Assembly: GCA_965250285.1 (NCBI GenBank)
Contig: OZ252299.1
Location: 5,344,001-5,408,000 of the forward strand
DNA: 64,000 nt
From: Myxococcota bacterium
Lineage (GTDB): Bacteria > Myxococcota_A > UBA9160 > UBA4427
Direction: 5' to 3'
This document shows positions 37,453 to 49,459 of this stretch, piece by piece. The notes under the pieces are model-generated. The model was not told the origin of the DNA, ran no database searches, and saw only the letters and a program-made list of their open reading frames with translations. The position numbers and the translations under genes were made by a program. The number at the start of each line of letters is the position of its first letter. Positions within the stretch are counted from its first letter, which is position 1.

Positions 37453-38874
37453 ATGCTCGATGAGATCCTCGACCGCGATGGCCTGGCTCAGGCCGAGCAC
37501 GTCCGTGCCGGTGACGTCTCGGTGAGCGAGCTGGTCGAGGCGTCGATCGCGCGCATCGAGCGCGAGAACCCGCGCCTGAACGCCGTCATTCACGAGCTCT
37601 TCGACAAGGCGCGTGCTCAGGTCGAGGCCGATGCGATCGGCGAAGGACCCTACCGAGGCGTGCCCTTCCTCGTGAAAGACGCCGTCTGCCACACCGAAGG
37701 CGATCCCTTCCACATCGGGCTCCAGGTGTTGAAGGATGCGGGCTACACCGCAAAGAGCGACACCGAGCTCGCGCGGCGCTACCGCAAAGCCGGCTTCGTC
37801 TTCGTCGGCAAGACCAACACGCCCGAGCTCGCGTTCTCGGCGACCACCGAGCCCCGGGCCTATGGCGCGACGCACAACCCCTGGAACGTCGACTACTCAC
37901 CCGGCGGCTCGTCGGGCGGATCGGGGGCGGCGGTGGCGGCGCGCTTCGTCGCCGCTGCGCACGGGAACGACATGGGAGGCTCGATCCGCCTGCCCGCGAG
38001 CCACTGCGGGCTCGTCGGGCTCAAGCCGAGCCGCGCGCGCAACTCGCTGGCGCCCGAGCTCGGCGAGTTCTGGGGGCCACTCACGCACGAGCACGTGCTC
38101 ACGCGGTCGGTGCGCGACTCTGCGGCGATCCTCGATGCGACGGCGGGGCCGGCGCCCGGCGACCCGTACACCGCGCCGCCGCCGTTGCGCCCCTGGCTCG
38201 AAGAGGTGGGCGCCGACCCGGGGCAGCTTCGCGTCGGGGTCGTCGAGCCGATCGCCTCGTTCGGTGTCGAGCCGGCGGTCCAGGCCGCGGTCGATGCAAC
38301 GGCGCGGTTGCTCGAGGCCCGCGGCCATGCCGTCGAGTCGGCCGCGCTGCCGATGCTCGAGAAGCCCGAGGTCGGCCCGTGGTTCGTGACGGGCGTGGCC
38401 CGCGAGCTCGAACGGGTCGGCGAGTGGATCGGCCGACCGATCGAAGAGCGCGACGTCGAGCCGTACTCGTGGCTCGCGCGCCAGATCGGCCACGCGATCA
38501 CGGGGCCCGAGCTCGCGCGTCAGACCGACGCGATGTGGGCGTGGGCGCGCCGGCTCTGCCGCGCCTGGTACGACGACTACGACGTGCTGCTCATGCCGTC
38601 GGCGCCTTCGCCGGCGCCGGCGCTCGGGAAGCTCGCGCCCGATGCGGGGCCCGAGATGGCTCGCGAGCTGGGGCGGTACACCGCCTATACGATTGGCTTC
38701 GACGTCACGGGCGAGCCGGCGATCTCGCTCCCGGTGCACAAGAGCGAAGAGGGTCTGCCGATCGGGGTGCAGGTCGTAGCGAAGCTCGGTCGCGAGGACG
38801 TCCTCTTCCGGCTGGCCGCCCAGATCGACGAGGTGATCGGCTTCGAGGCGCAGCGACCTCCGGCCCCTGCGTAG
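37453..38874 (+). CDS. Amidase signature family protein
   Basis: [27 protein letters not shown]. Confidence 0.93.
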   Translation: MLDEILDRDGLAQAEHVRAGDVSVSELVEASIARIERENPRLNAVIHELFDKARAQVEADAIGEGPYRGVPFLVKDAVCHTEGDPFHIGLQVLKDAGYTAKSDTELARRYRKAGFVFVGKTNTPELAFSATTEPRAYGATHNPWNVDYSPGGSSGGSGAAVAARFVAAAHGNDMGGSIRLPASHCGLVGLKPSRARNSLAPELGEFWGPLTHEHVLTRSVRDSAAILDATAGPAPGDPYTAPPPLRPWLEEVGADPGQLRVGVVEPIASFGVEPAVQAAVDATARLLEARGHAVESAALPMLEKPEVGPWFVTGVARELERVGEWIGRPIEERDVEPYSWLARQIGHAITGPELARQTDAMWAWARRLCRAWYDDYDVLLMPSAPSPAPALGKLAPDAGPEMARELGRYTAYTIGFDVTGEPAISLPVHKSEEGLPIGVQVVAKLGREDVLFRLAAQIDEVIGFEAQRPPAPA

Positions 38875-38901
38875 CGACCCCTTGCCTCGGCGGAGCGCGC
38901 C

Positions 38902-41331
38902 TCAGCTCGGGCGCTGACGGCCAAAGACGCGCACGAGCATGGCCGGCGCGAGCAGCAGGTCGGCCACGAACGCGAACACGATCGTGATGCTCGTGAGCAG
39001 CCCGAAATAGAAGAGGTTGGTGAGATACGCCTGGGTGTAGATGCCGAAGCCCGCGGCCAGCACGATGCTCGTGAACAGCAGCGCCTGTCCGGTCGTCTCG
39101 AGCGTCTTGCGCACGGCGGTCTCGACGTCGCCCGTCTCGTCGAAGTAGCGCCTGAAGTTGTGCATGAAGTGGATCGTGTCGTCGACGGCGAGGCCGATGG
39201 CGATGCTGCCGATCAGCAGCGTGAACGCATCGAGCGGGATGTCGGCCCAGCCCATGATGCCGAGCGTCAGCACGACCGGGGTCAGGTTCGGGATCATCGC
39301 GAGCAGGCCGACGCTCACCCGCCCGATGAGCAGCACCATCAGCGGGGTGATGATCAGGAACGCGGTGATGTAGCTGCGCACCATGGTGTGCAGCACCGCG
39401 TCCATCGTCGCGCTGATCACCTGCACGATGCCGGTGACCTCGATCGCCACACCCGAACCGAACAGGCGGGCGGCCTCGTCGACGGCGGCCTGTATGAAGT
39501 CGGGGAACGCAGTCGAATCCTTGATCGGGACGCGAACCGAGATGCGCCCCGACTGAAACGTCGAGTCGACGAGGTCTTCGACGTCGTCGCTGCCGGCGTT
39601 CTCGAAGAGCAGGAGCTCCTGAGCGACGAGCTGGCGATCGTCGGGGATCGCATAGAACGCCGACTGGTTCTCGTTGAGCGCCTGGTGCGTCTCTTTCACG
39701 ACGTCGATCAGCGAAAAGACCTTGCCCGCCTGCACGTCGTTGATGTCGAGCGTATAGACGTAGCGGTGAAGCGCCTCGGCTCGAGTCAGGAAGGCGGGGT
39801 CGTGAAAGCCGTTGGTCTCGTCGGTATCGACGAGGATCTCGATGTTCCCCATGCCTCCCATGTTGGTATCCATGGCGACCATGCCGTTTCGCACCATGTC
39901 GCCTTCGGGAAACCAGTCGAAGGGGCTGTGGCTGATCCGCAGCTGCGTCGCGCCCACGAGCGAGAACGCGATGAGCGCCGCGGTGACCAGCAGGATCGAG
40001 AGATCGTGACGAACCGCCCAGGTGCCCGCGTCGACCAGGATGCGCTGCGAGAAGAACAGAGGCTTCGCCTCGCCCCCCGCGTCGTTCACGCCCGGTGAAA
40101 CCGCCATCAGCGCGGGCAACAGAGTCAGGGTGTAGAGCAACGCGACGATGACGCCGATCGGCGCGAAGACGCCGAAGTGGCCGATCGGCAGCAGCGCGGC
40201 GGCGATGAACGAGAGCAGCCCGCCGGCCGTGGTGAGACTCGTCATGATGACGGCCAGCCCCGAATGACCCAGAGCATGGGCGATGCCGTCTTCTTTCGAG
40301 AGCCCGCGCCGCCGCGCCTGATAGTAGATGGCAAGGATGTGCACCGAGCCACCGACGCCGACGGCCAGCAGGAACGTCGGAATGATCTGCGTCGGCGATG
40401 TGATGGGCGTGCCGGTCGCGGCCATGATCGAGAGCGTCGTGAGCACCGCGCAGATCACGGTCGCCAGCGGGAGCACCACGGCGCCGATGCGTCGAAAGAG
40501 CGTCGCGAGGCTGACGATGATGATGCCGATGGCCAGGCCGGTGAAGCGCACCATGTCCGACTGCATCTTCGCCGCGAACTGCTGTGTGAGCACGGTCGTA
40601 CCGGCGACCTCGATGCGGAGGTCGTCGCTGCGGTACTCGTCGAGCAGACCCAGGACACCCTCGACGATCAGCGCCTCTTCGGCGCCCGTCAGAAACTGCG
40701 GCTCGGCCGTCTCGGCTGCCTCGGCCGAAGCCGCCGCATCGTCAAAGCCGTCGGTTGCGTCGTCGAAGCCAGCCAGCGCGTCGTCGTCGACGCCCGTCTG
40801 GGTGTAGACCTCGGTTTCGATGATGATCGAGGTGAGCTCACCGTCGCCCGAGATGAGGTTGTTCTGGTAGACCGGGTTCGCCCGCGCGCGGCGTTCGATC
40901 TCGGCGAGGGTCGCGTCGTCTTCGGGCCAGTCTTCGAGCAGCTCGCCCACCACGAGCTCGTCGCCGACGCCGCGGGTCTCGCGCGCGTTGACCAGACTCG
41001 TGACCTCGACGAGCAGCGGCACCTCGTTCTCGATGCGTTCGTGCAGCTCGCGCAGCGTCGCGAGAAAGTCGCGGTCGAAGATCGAGCCTTGGGGATCGAG
41101 CGCGATGATGATGAACGTGTCGCGACCGTACTGATCACGGAACTCGTCGTAGAGCACCCGCACCGGGTCTTCCTTGCGGAAGAACCCCTCGAGGCTCGCG
41201 TCGAGGAAAAGGTGCTGCAGCTGGGTCGCGCTCGCGACGGTGACGCCCAGCGTGAGGGCGAGCACCCACCAGCGACGCCGGTAGACGAAGTGGCCCCAGC
41301 GCTCGAGCAGGGCTTCGATGCGTGCGTGCAT
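38902..41331 (-). CDS. MMPL/RND family transporter
   Basis: Two TM repeats; TSLTTAGG; IAIGLAVDDTIHF. Confidence 0.9.
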   Translation of the reverse strand: MHARIEALLERWGHFVYRRRWWVLALTLGVTVASATQLQHLFLDASLEGFFRKEDPVRVLYDEFRDQYGRDTFIIIALDPQGSIFDRDFLATLRELHERIENEVPLLVEVTSLVNARETRGVGDELVVGELLEDWPEDDATLAEIERRARANPVYQNNLISGDGELTSIIIETEVYTQTGVDDDALAGFDDATDGFDDAAASAEAAETAEPQFLTGAEEALIVEGVLGLLDEYRSDDLRIEVAGTTVLTQQFAAKMQSDMVRFTGLAIGIIIVSLATLFRRIGAVVLPLATVICAVLTTLSIMAATGTPITSPTQIIPTFLLAVGVGGSVHILAIYYQARRRGLSKEDGIAHALGHSGLAVIMTSLTTAGGLLSFIAAALLPIGHFGVFAPIGVIVALLYTLTLLPALMAVSPGVNDAGGEAKPLFFSQRILVDAGTWAVRHDLSILLVTAALIAFSLVGATQLRISHSPFDWFPEGDMVRNGMVAMDTNMGGMGNIEILVDTDETNGFHDPAFLTRAEALHRYVYTLDINDVQAGKVFSLIDVVKETHQALNENQSAFYAIPDDRQLVAQELLLFENAGSDDVEDLVDSTFQSGRISVRVPIKDSTAFPDFIQAAVDEAARLFGSGVAIEVTGIVQVISATMDAVLHTMVRSYITAFLIITPLMVLLIGRVSVGLLAMIPNLTPVVLTLGIMGWADIPLDAFTLLIGSIAIGLAVDDTIHFMHNFRRYFDETGDVETAVRKTLETTGQALLFTSIVLAAGFGIYTQAYLTNLFYFGLLTSITIVFAFVADLLLAPAMLVRVFGRQRPS

Positions 41332-41476
41332 GGCGTGGGCTGGATCCTCGTCGGGGGCGCGGTGAGGCGGGCCGAATCGGGACGCCCGCAGGGGCTTGGC
41401 CACGGCCGCAGGGTCGCACCCCACGGCGCCCTCGGCCCGCACCGAATCGAAGCGCATCGAGCGCGCGTCGCGCCCC

Positions 41477-41538
41477 GCAGGTGCAGTGTTTCGCTTGCAC
41501 CTGCATGCCGATCACTGCATGCTCTCGCCTGCACCTGC
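41477..41538. promoter_or_regulatory. Putative enhancer (UAS) for a sigma-54 activator
   Basis: Inverted repeat GCAGGTGCA-N10-TGCACCTGC (41477-41504), with a second TGCACCTGC at 41530-41538. Confidence 0.5.
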
Positions 41539-41571
41539 GCCCCAAGTGCCTGATTTTGCGTGAAAACGAGT

Positions 41572-41588
41572 TGGGCACAGCCCTTGCT
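41572..41588 (+). promoter_or_regulatory. Sigma-54 (-24/-12) promoter
   Basis: TGGGCACAGCCCTTGCT gives GG-N10-GC with GGCAC and TTGCT, upstream of an operon encoding a sigma-54 activator. Confidence 0.75.
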
Positions 41589-41735
41589 CTATCCGCTCCC
41601 AAGTTCGAGGGAATCGGCCGTCCAACCGGTCGACCGCCCCGAAGCGGAGAGGGCATGGCGGGAGCAGCGGGCGCAGCAAAGCGAGTGAGGGGCCGCACCG
41701 AGATCCCGACGGTCGATTGGGCAGGAGGACGGCGG

Positions 41736-43214
41736 GTGGCGGACGAGCGCAAGTTCTTCGAACGACTCCGCGAGGTCGTGCAGGATCGCATCGACGATGC
41801 CGAGCGCCTCGGGCTCCAGAAGCTCGAAGAGATCGAGCGCCAGGGTCGGCGCGAGGTCGAGCGCGCGGTCGAACGACACGAGCGCCGCCTCGAGAAGCTC
41901 GACAAGGAGTCGGCCAAGCATCGCAAGCGCTCCGACCGACGCCGTCGCAAGCGTCGAGGCCGGCGCGACGAGGCGGACGCGTGGACGACCGAGCCCGCGC
42001 CGCCGATGCCCCCCACACCGCCGACGCCGCCTTCCGGCGCTACGCCCCCCATGCCTCCGCTGCCGCCCGAGCCCCCGCGCTCGGACGATCGCCGCCGCGG
42101 TCGAAGGTCGCGGCGCCGCCACTCGGGCCACCGCTCGCACTCGACCAGCCGGTCTCAATCGACGTCCACCCCGCACTCGAGCGGCCGCTCGCGATCACGA
42201 CGCCGCTCGACGCCGGCCGCTGCGTCGCCGCCGACGCTCGAAGAGAAGGCCTATCGGCGCGCGCGCAACCGCGCGAATGCGAAGCTCGCGTTCTACACCC
42301 ACGCGGCGATCTACGTCGGCATCTTGATGATGCTGGCCGTCGTCGTGCGATCGCCGCGGGCGATGCTGATCATCGCGATGTCGTGGGGCGTCGGTCTGCT
42401 GGCGCAGTACATCGTGTCGATCGCCGGTCCGAGGCTGCGCGAGCAGTGGATCGAGAAGGAGGTGCACGAGCGCGCGCCGCAGAACGTGACTCAGGAGCGC
42501 GAGCGCACCGAAGGCCGCCACACCCAGAACCTCGAAGATCTGTCGGCGTCGATCGCCCACGAGATTCGCAACCCCATCGCGGCGGCCAAGAGCCTCGTCC
42601 AGCAGATGGACGAAGACCCGACGGCGGCCGACAACATCGAGTTCGCGAGCGTCGCGCTGCAGGAGCTCGACCGCGTCGAACGGTCGATCTCGCATCTGCT
42701 GCGCTACGCCCGTGAAGAAGATCTGCGATTCGATTCGATGGAGATGGCCGACGTCGTCGCATCGGCGGTCGAGACGTTCCGCGACCGCTTCGAGCGTCGC
42801 GCCATCGACGTGCAGGTGCAGGTCGACACCCGCGGCGCGATGCGCGGCGACGCCGAGAAGCTGCGCCGCGTGGTCATCAACCTGATCGGCAACGCGATCG
42901 ATGCGTTCGACGAGGCGGCGACGCCGGGCCCCGTGCTCCTGATCATGAGCGGCGAGAATCTCGCCGGCGACGAGGTCTGGGTGCGCGTGCGCGACAATGG
43001 CCCGGGCATCGACGACGCCACCCGCAGCAAGATCTGGAGCCCCTTCTACACCACGAAGGCCTCGGGCACCGGCCTCGGGCTCGCGCTCTCGCGCAAGATC
43101 GTCGACGCCCACGGCGGTTCGATGGAGCTCGCCAGCACGCCCGGCGAAGGAACCGAGTTCGTCCTCACCTTCCCCAAGAACGCGACGCCCCCGGAGCGAA
43201 GCCATGCGATCTGA
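41736..43214 (+). CDS. Sensor histidine kinase 1 (disordered N-terminus + 2TM + HisKA + HATPase)
   Basis: AHEIRNP H-box; NLIGNAIDA; DNGPGI; PFYTTK; GTGLGL; GTG start after AGGAGG (alternative ATG at 41655). Confidence 0.9.
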   Translation: MADERKFFERLREVVQDRIDDAERLGLQKLEEIERQGRREVERAVERHERRLEKLDKESAKHRKRSDRRRRKRRGRRDEADAWTTEPAPPMPPTPPTPPSGATPPMPPLPPEPPRSDDRRRGRRSRRRHSGHRSHSTSRSQSTSTPHSSGRSRSRRRSTPAAASPPTLEEKAYRRARNRANAKLAFYTHAAIYVGILMMLAVVVRSPRAMLIIAMSWGVGLLAQYIVSIAGPRLREQWIEKEVHERAPQNVTQERERTEGRHTQNLEDLSASIAHEIRNPIAAAKSLVQQMDEDPTAADNIEFASVALQELDRVERSISHLLRYAREEDLRFDSMEMADVVASAVETFRDRFERRAIDVQVQVDTRGAMRGDAEKLRRVVINLIGNAIDAFDEAATPGPVLLIMSGENLAGDEVWVRVRDNGPGIDDATRSKIWSPFYTTKASGTGLGLALSRKIVDAHGGSMELASTPGEGTEFVLTFPKNATPPERSHAI

Positions 43215-43284
43215 CATGATGACGCGCGGATGTCTCGGCCCGTTCGGCGTCCATGCGCCCCCCACCCCGTTGGAGGAACCGGCG

Positions 43285-44375
43285 ATGAAGCATCGAGGTT
43301 CACGACCGCGCGACGGACGCCGCAGGCAGAAGCGCACCCGTGATGACGAGCGCCCCGGCGACCCCGGCGACGCCCGCGATACCGAGCTGCTCCATGATCT
43401 CGATGCGTCGCTGCTGACCGAAGAAGAGCGGGCGCTCGTCGAGGCGCGCGCGGCGGCCGAAGAGAAGGTGTCGCTGTACCGCGATGTGGCGCGCTTCGCG
43501 ATCGTCGTGGTGCCGCTGCTGATCTTTCTCTTTCCCGTCGGCGTGATCGTCAGCTTCTTCTGGGGCATCGGCCTCGCGCGTCAGGCCTATCGTGTCTTCT
43601 ACGAGCCGCAGCTGCGCGAACGTCTCATCGGCGACGAGGTGCGCAAGCGCGTCAAGACGAGCGTGACCGAAGAGCGTCAGCAGCTCGAAGGTGAGCATGC
43701 GCGCTCACTCGAAAAACTCTCGGCTTCGATCGCGCACGAGATTCGCAACCCGATCACGGCGGCGAAGAGCCTGGTGCAGCAGATGGGCGAGGAGCCGACC
43801 GCCCAGGACAACGTCGAGTACGCGCGGGTGGCGCTGCAAGAGCTGGGTCGCGTCGAGCGGTCGATCTCGCACCTGCTGCGATACGCCCGCGAAGAAGAGA
43901 TGCGCCCGAGCCCGATCCACATGGCCGACGTGCTCGAGAGCGCTCTCGAGACGTTCCGCGAGCGCGCGAGCCGCGAGGGCATCGAGGTCGTGCGGCAGTT
44001 CGACAGCGCGGGCGCGATGCGCGGCGACGCCGAGCAGCTCCGTCGGGTCGTCATCAATCTCGTGGGCAACGCCATCGACGCCGTCGCGGCGAGCGACAAC
44101 GAGAAGCCGCGCATCCTCGTGGCCATGGGCGAGAATCTCGCGGGCACCGAGGTGTGGGTGCGCATCGAAGACAACGGCCCGGGCATGGACGACGAGCAGC
44201 GCGACCGCGTCTTCAACCCGTTCGTCACGTCGAAGGAGCACGGCACCGGCCTCGGTCTGGCGATCGTCAAGCGCATCGTCGAGGCGCACGCCGGTGAGAT
44301 CGAGCTGACGTCGAGAATGGGAGAAGGCACCGAGTTCGTTCTCTCGTTCCCGAAGAGCAGCGAAGGGAGGCTGTC

Positions 44376-44379
<4 letters not shown>
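43285..44379 (+). CDS. Sensor histidine kinase 2 (2TM + HisKA + HATPase), paralog of kinase 1
   Basis: GGAGG RBS; AHEIRNP; NLVGNAIDA; DNGPGM; GTGLGL. Confidence 0.9.
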
Positions 44380-45788
<1,409 letters not shown>

Positions 45789-45844
45789 ATCAACCCAGCG
45801 CCCACCCTAGACCCGAACGACCCGAACGAAAGAGGAGAGACCTC

Positions 45845-46594
45845 ATGAGCATGAATCGAACGCCGGGCATGTTCGCCCGACTGCGAAGCCTGGTGCGCGG
45901 GGTCTTCCGCGGCTGGGTGAAGGACCGCGAGATGGAGAGCCCCGAGGTGGTGTACGAGCAGGCCATCGCCGAGCGTGTCCGCCAGTACCGCGAGCTGAAG
46001 GAGGCCGTCGCTGGCATCCTCTACATGCGCAACAAGCTCGAGAGCGAGATCGGCGATCGACGCGCCGAGATCGCGCGACTGCACGACGACGTGCGACGCT
46101 GCGTGCGACAGGGGCGCGACGAGATGTCGCTGACGCTGATCGCCCAGAAGCAGCAGCTCTTCGAAGAGCTCGAGCGCGCCGAGACCGAGCTCGAAGACGT
46201 GCGCGTGCAGGCCGAAGAGGCGAAGAACAACCTCGTGCGCTTCCGCGAAGAGATCCGCTCGCTGGTGCGTGAGAAGGGCCGCATGCTGGCGAAGCTGGCA
46301 AACGCCCAGGCGCGCCGCCGGCTGCAGGTCGCCATCGAGGGTCTCTCGGTCGACGCCGAGATGGACGCGCTCGAGAGCGTGCGCGAGCAGATCCAGCGCG
46401 TGTCGATGGAGGGCAGCCTCGCCGCCGAGATCGGCGAAGACGGCGATGCGTTCCGCGACCGCCTGCGCGAGTTCCGCAACGAGGCGCGCCGCGAGTCGGC
46501 CAAGGCCGAGCTCGATCAGCTGAAGCGCGAGGTCGAGTCGCACACGCTGCCGCCCGAGTCGGTGAGCCACGTCGAGGTCGCGACCGCGGGCTGA
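45845..46594 (+). CDS. pspA: PspA/IM30 family protein (bacterial ESCRT-III-like)
   Basis: GMFARLRSLVRG amphipathic helix; ESPEVVYEQAI; long coiled coil; AGAGGAG RBS. Confidence 0.85.
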   Translation: MSMNRTPGMFARLRSLVRGVFRGWVKDREMESPEVVYEQAIAERVRQYRELKEAVAGILYMRNKLESEIGDRRAEIARLHDDVRRCVRQGRDEMSLTLIAQKQQLFEELERAETELEDVRVQAEEAKNNLVRFREEIRSLVREKGRMLAKLANAQARRRLQVAIEGLSVDAEMDALESVREQIQRVSMEGSLAAEIGEDGDAFRDRLREFRNEARRESAKAELDQLKREVESHTLPPESVSHVEVATAG

Positions 46595-46621
46595 GCCTGC
46601 CGCGCGTGTCCAAGGTGAGTC

Positions 46622-46660
46622 GAGACGCCCGGTCCCGCGTGGGCCGGGCGTCTTCGTGTT
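46622..46660. terminator. Hairpin terminator between convergent genes
   Basis: AGACGCCCGG...CCGGGCGTCT stem followed by a T-containing tail. Confidence 0.7.
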
Positions 46661-46672
46661 CGGACAGCGCTC

Positions 46673-47857
46673 TCAGCCGCGCAGCTTGGCGATCTCGTCT
46701 TCGGTGAACCCGGCCTCTTCGAGCACCTCGGCGCTGTCGGCGCCCAGCCGCGGGGGCCCGCGCCGCACGCTCGTCGGTGTGTCGCTGAACCGGGGGGCGC
46801 TGCCGAAGAGCGTCATCGTGCCGGCTTCGGCGTCATCGAGCTCGAAGACGATCTCGTTCTGTCGGACCTGAGGATCGGCCATGAACGCCTTGACGTCGTT
46901 GACCGCCCCGAGCGGCGCGCCGTACTGATGGGCTCGCTCGACCAGCACCGCCGTCGGGAAGCCGGCGATGGTGTCGGCGAGCATCTCGAAGAGCTCGGGG
47001 GCGTGGGCGATGCGGCCCGCGATGCCGGCGTAGCGATCGTCTTCGAGCAGATCCTCGCGTTCGAGCACCTTGCACATCGCCTCGAACTGGCGGTCTTCGA
47101 TCACGAGTAGCGCGACGTGGCCATCGGCCGTCTTCCAAGGCCGATAGACGAGCTCCATGCCGGGCGGGATCGTGCCCTCGCCGTAGGTGTGCGGCGCGAA
47201 CGCGTCGCCGTGCACGAAGCTGGCGAAGGTGTCGATCATCGGGACGTCGATGCGCTGGCCCCGGCCGCCGTTCTTCTCTCGGGCGTAGAGCGCCGCCATC
47301 ACCGAGTAGGCCGCGGTGAGGCCGCTCGTCTTGTCGGCCACGAGGTTCGAGATCAACTTCGGCTCGGCGTCATCGCCGAGGATCTTCGCGAAGCCCGACA
47401 GGGCCTGGATCACCATGTCGTAGGCGGGCTGGTCCTTGTAGGGGCCGTCGGGGCCGAAGCCGCTGATGGCGACCCACACGAGCCCCGGGTTCGACGCGCG
47501 GCAGGTTTCGAACCCGACGCCGAGCCGATCGGCCACGCCGGCGCGGTAGTTCTCGACCACGACGTCGGCGTCGGCGGCGAGCTTGAGGAACGCGTCGCGT
47601 CCGGCTTCTTGCTTGAGGTCGAGGGTGACACTGCGCTTGTTGCGATTGTACTGGGCGAAGACGCCGGCCATCGCCGGCGGCCCTTCGGTGCCGAGGTAGC
47701 GCGCGGTGTCCCCCATCGGCGGCTCGACCTTGACGACGTCGGCGCCGAAATCGCCGAGGATCTGTCCGCAGAGCGGCCCCGACACGATGGTCGAGATGTC
47801 GAGCACGCGTACACCGGCGAGCGGACCGCTCGCCTCCCCACCGAGATCGATCTTCAT
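46673..47857 (-). CDS. CaiB/BaiF family III CoA-transferase
   Basis: GPLAGVRVLD; GADVVKVEPP; NRNKRS; ISGFGPDGP; AYD. Confidence 0.93.
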   Translation of the reverse strand: MKIDLGGEASGPLAGVRVLDISTIVSGPLCGQILGDFGADVVKVEPPMGDTARYLGTEGPPAMAGVFAQYNRNKRSVTLDLKQEAGRDAFLKLAADADVVVENYRAGVADRLGVGFETCRASNPGLVWVAISGFGPDGPYKDQPAYDMVIQALSGFAKILGDDAEPKLISNLVADKTSGLTAAYSVMAALYAREKNGGRGQRIDVPMIDTFASFVHGDAFAPHTYGEGTIPPGMELVYRPWKTADGHVALLVIEDRQFEAMCKVLEREDLLEDDRYAGIAGRIAHAPELFEMLADTIAGFPTAVLVERAHQYGAPLGAVNDVKAFMADPQVRQNEIVFELDDAEAGTMTLFGSAPRFSDTPTSVRRGPPRLGADSAEVLEEAGFTEDEIAKLRG

Positions 47858-48013
47858 GTGTCTGGCCCCTGCGCCCGCCGACCCCTCCCCGCCCCGGGCG
47901 CGAGCATCGCACGGTTGGCGCCCGGCCGACCAGTGGGGCCGATCCGCTTGCCCGATGGCGCCCGATGGCGCCGCTGCGCAACCGACGGGCCCGTCTGCAT
48001 GGGCGGCGCTGCG

Positions 48014-48550
48014 TCAGCCCGCCGCGCTGGTCAGGTCGATGCGGTGGAACAGGCTGACCAGCCAGACCACCCCGAGCAGGTAGATCAGCGACTCCTTTCG
48101 CAGCCACGCGACGGCGAGCACGATCGCCAGCGCGGGCAGGCGAAAGAGAAACTCGCCGTCGTCGGCCCGGTACTGCGGCAGGAGATGGAGCGCGATGAAC
48201 CCACCCATCAGCGCGAAGCTGAGGCGCATGCGCTCGGCGAACTCTTCCCGGTCGACCAGACCGTCGCCGCTCTCGTCCTTCAGCAGCGCGTTGACCGAGA
48301 GCAGCAGCAAGAAGGGCGCGAAGAGGATCGCCAGATATCTCAAGTACGTCGAGTCGGCTTCGCCGCGAAACACGTCGAGAAAGCTGAAGATGTTCCAGAT
48401 GGCGATCTCGGTGAAGACGACGATCGTCACGATGTAGGGGCCGTGCCAGTTGCCGAGGTCGAAGAATCGCTTCCACTCGGCGAGCAGTCGCGAGAGCACG
48501 ATGCCGTAGATCAGCAGGGGGATGAAGAGCAGGTATTCCTCGGCGCTCAT
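48014..48550 (-). CDS. Hypothetical multi-pass membrane protein
   Basis: MSAEEYLLFIPLLIYG..., about 5-6 hydrophobic helices. Confidence 0.7.
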   Translation of the reverse strand: MSAEEYLLFIPLLIYGIVLSRLLAEWKRFFDLGNWHGPYIVTIVVFTEIAIWNIFSFLDVFRGEADSTYLRYLAILFAPFLLLLSVNALLKDESGDGLVDREEFAERMRLSFALMGGFIALHLLPQYRADDGEFLFRLPALAIVLAVAWLRKESLIYLLGVVWLVSLFHRIDLTSAAG

Positions 48551-48634
48551 GGGGGCAGAGACTAACCCGGAGCCGGCCGGGTCGGGCGGATCGACTTCGG
48601 CTGAGGCAATCTGCGGGGGCGGAGGGGGCGTCGC

Positions 48635-49459
48635 TTGATCTCGATCGATGCTGCAATCACGAAAGCCATCCGGTCGCGCGTCGTCTCGGTCTCGGCCCTC
48701 GTCGTCTGGGTCGCCGCGCTGTGGACGGCCGAGGCCGGGCTCGCCACCGCGACGGAGAGCGAGGCGCCTGCGGTGGAGAGCGAGACCGTCGCGACGAGCG
48801 AGCGCGAGATGGTGGTGCTGCTCCACGGCCTCGGTCGCTCGAGCTATTCGATGAAGGCGCTCGCTGCGAAGCTCGAGGCGGCCGGCTTCGAGACCGCCAA
48901 CCTCGACTATCCATCGACCCGACTCGAAGCGGGGCAGCTCGGCGGCATGCTGGGCAAGCGGCTCGATGCCTGCTGTCGTGAAGCGCCGCGGCTTCACTTC
49001 GTGACGCACTCGCTCGGCGGCATCGTCGTCCGCGCCCACCTCGCCGAGCACCGCCCGGCGAACCTCGGTCGTGTGGTGATGCTGGCGCCGCCCAATCACG
49101 GCACCGAGCTCGCCGACTTCTTCTCCGACGTCGCGGTGTTTCGCTGGATCCTGGGGCCGACGGCCGTCGAGCTCGGCACCGATCCCGCGAGCTTCCCCAA
49201 CCGACTGCCCGAGGCCGACTTTCCCCTCGGCATCATCGCCGGCACCGGCGTGGTCAACCCGGTCGGCGCCGAGATGATCCCCGGTGAAGACGACGGCACG
49301 GTCAGCGTCGAGAGCGCCCGACTCGAGGGCATGACCGACTTCCTCGAAGTCGACGCCTCGCACTCGTTCATCATGTACTCGGACGAGGTCGCGCAGCAGG
49401 TGATCACGTTCCTCGAAGAGGGCCGCTTCGAGCGCGCGCCCGCGGAGGTGCAGCCGTGA
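48635..49459 (+). CDS. Secreted alpha/beta hydrolase (lipase/esterase-like)
   Basis: VVLLHGLGR; THSLGG; DDGTV; SH; start uncertain. Confidence 0.85.
   Translation: MISIDAAITKAIRSRVVSVSALVVWVAALWTAEAGLATATESEAPAVESETVATSEREMVVLLHGLGRSSYSMKALAAKLEAAGFETANLDYPSTRLEAGQLGGMLGKRLDACCREAPRLHFVTHSLGGIVVRAHLAEHRPANLGRVVMLAPPNHGTELADFFSDVAVFRWILGPTAVELGTDPASFPNRLPEADFPLGIIAGTGVVNPVGAEMIPGEDDGTVSVESARLEGMTDFLEVDASHSFIMYSDEVAQQVITFLEEGRFERAPAEVQP

Noticed and set aside
34906..37875. 989-aa ORF suggesting a fusion to the cystathionine lyase
   Set aside because: The N-terminal part is antisense to the FAD oxidase and amidase; the real gene starts at 36081. The same artefact inflates the ORFs at 18142-20262, 49921-51585 and 51401-52867.
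37453..38874. Amidase as the partner of the nitrile hydratase
   Set aside because: About 12 kb away in a different transcription unit; no sequence evidence for a link.
47951..47972. 10-bp tandem repeat cccgatggcg x2
   Set aside because: Too short and GC-rich to be meaningful.
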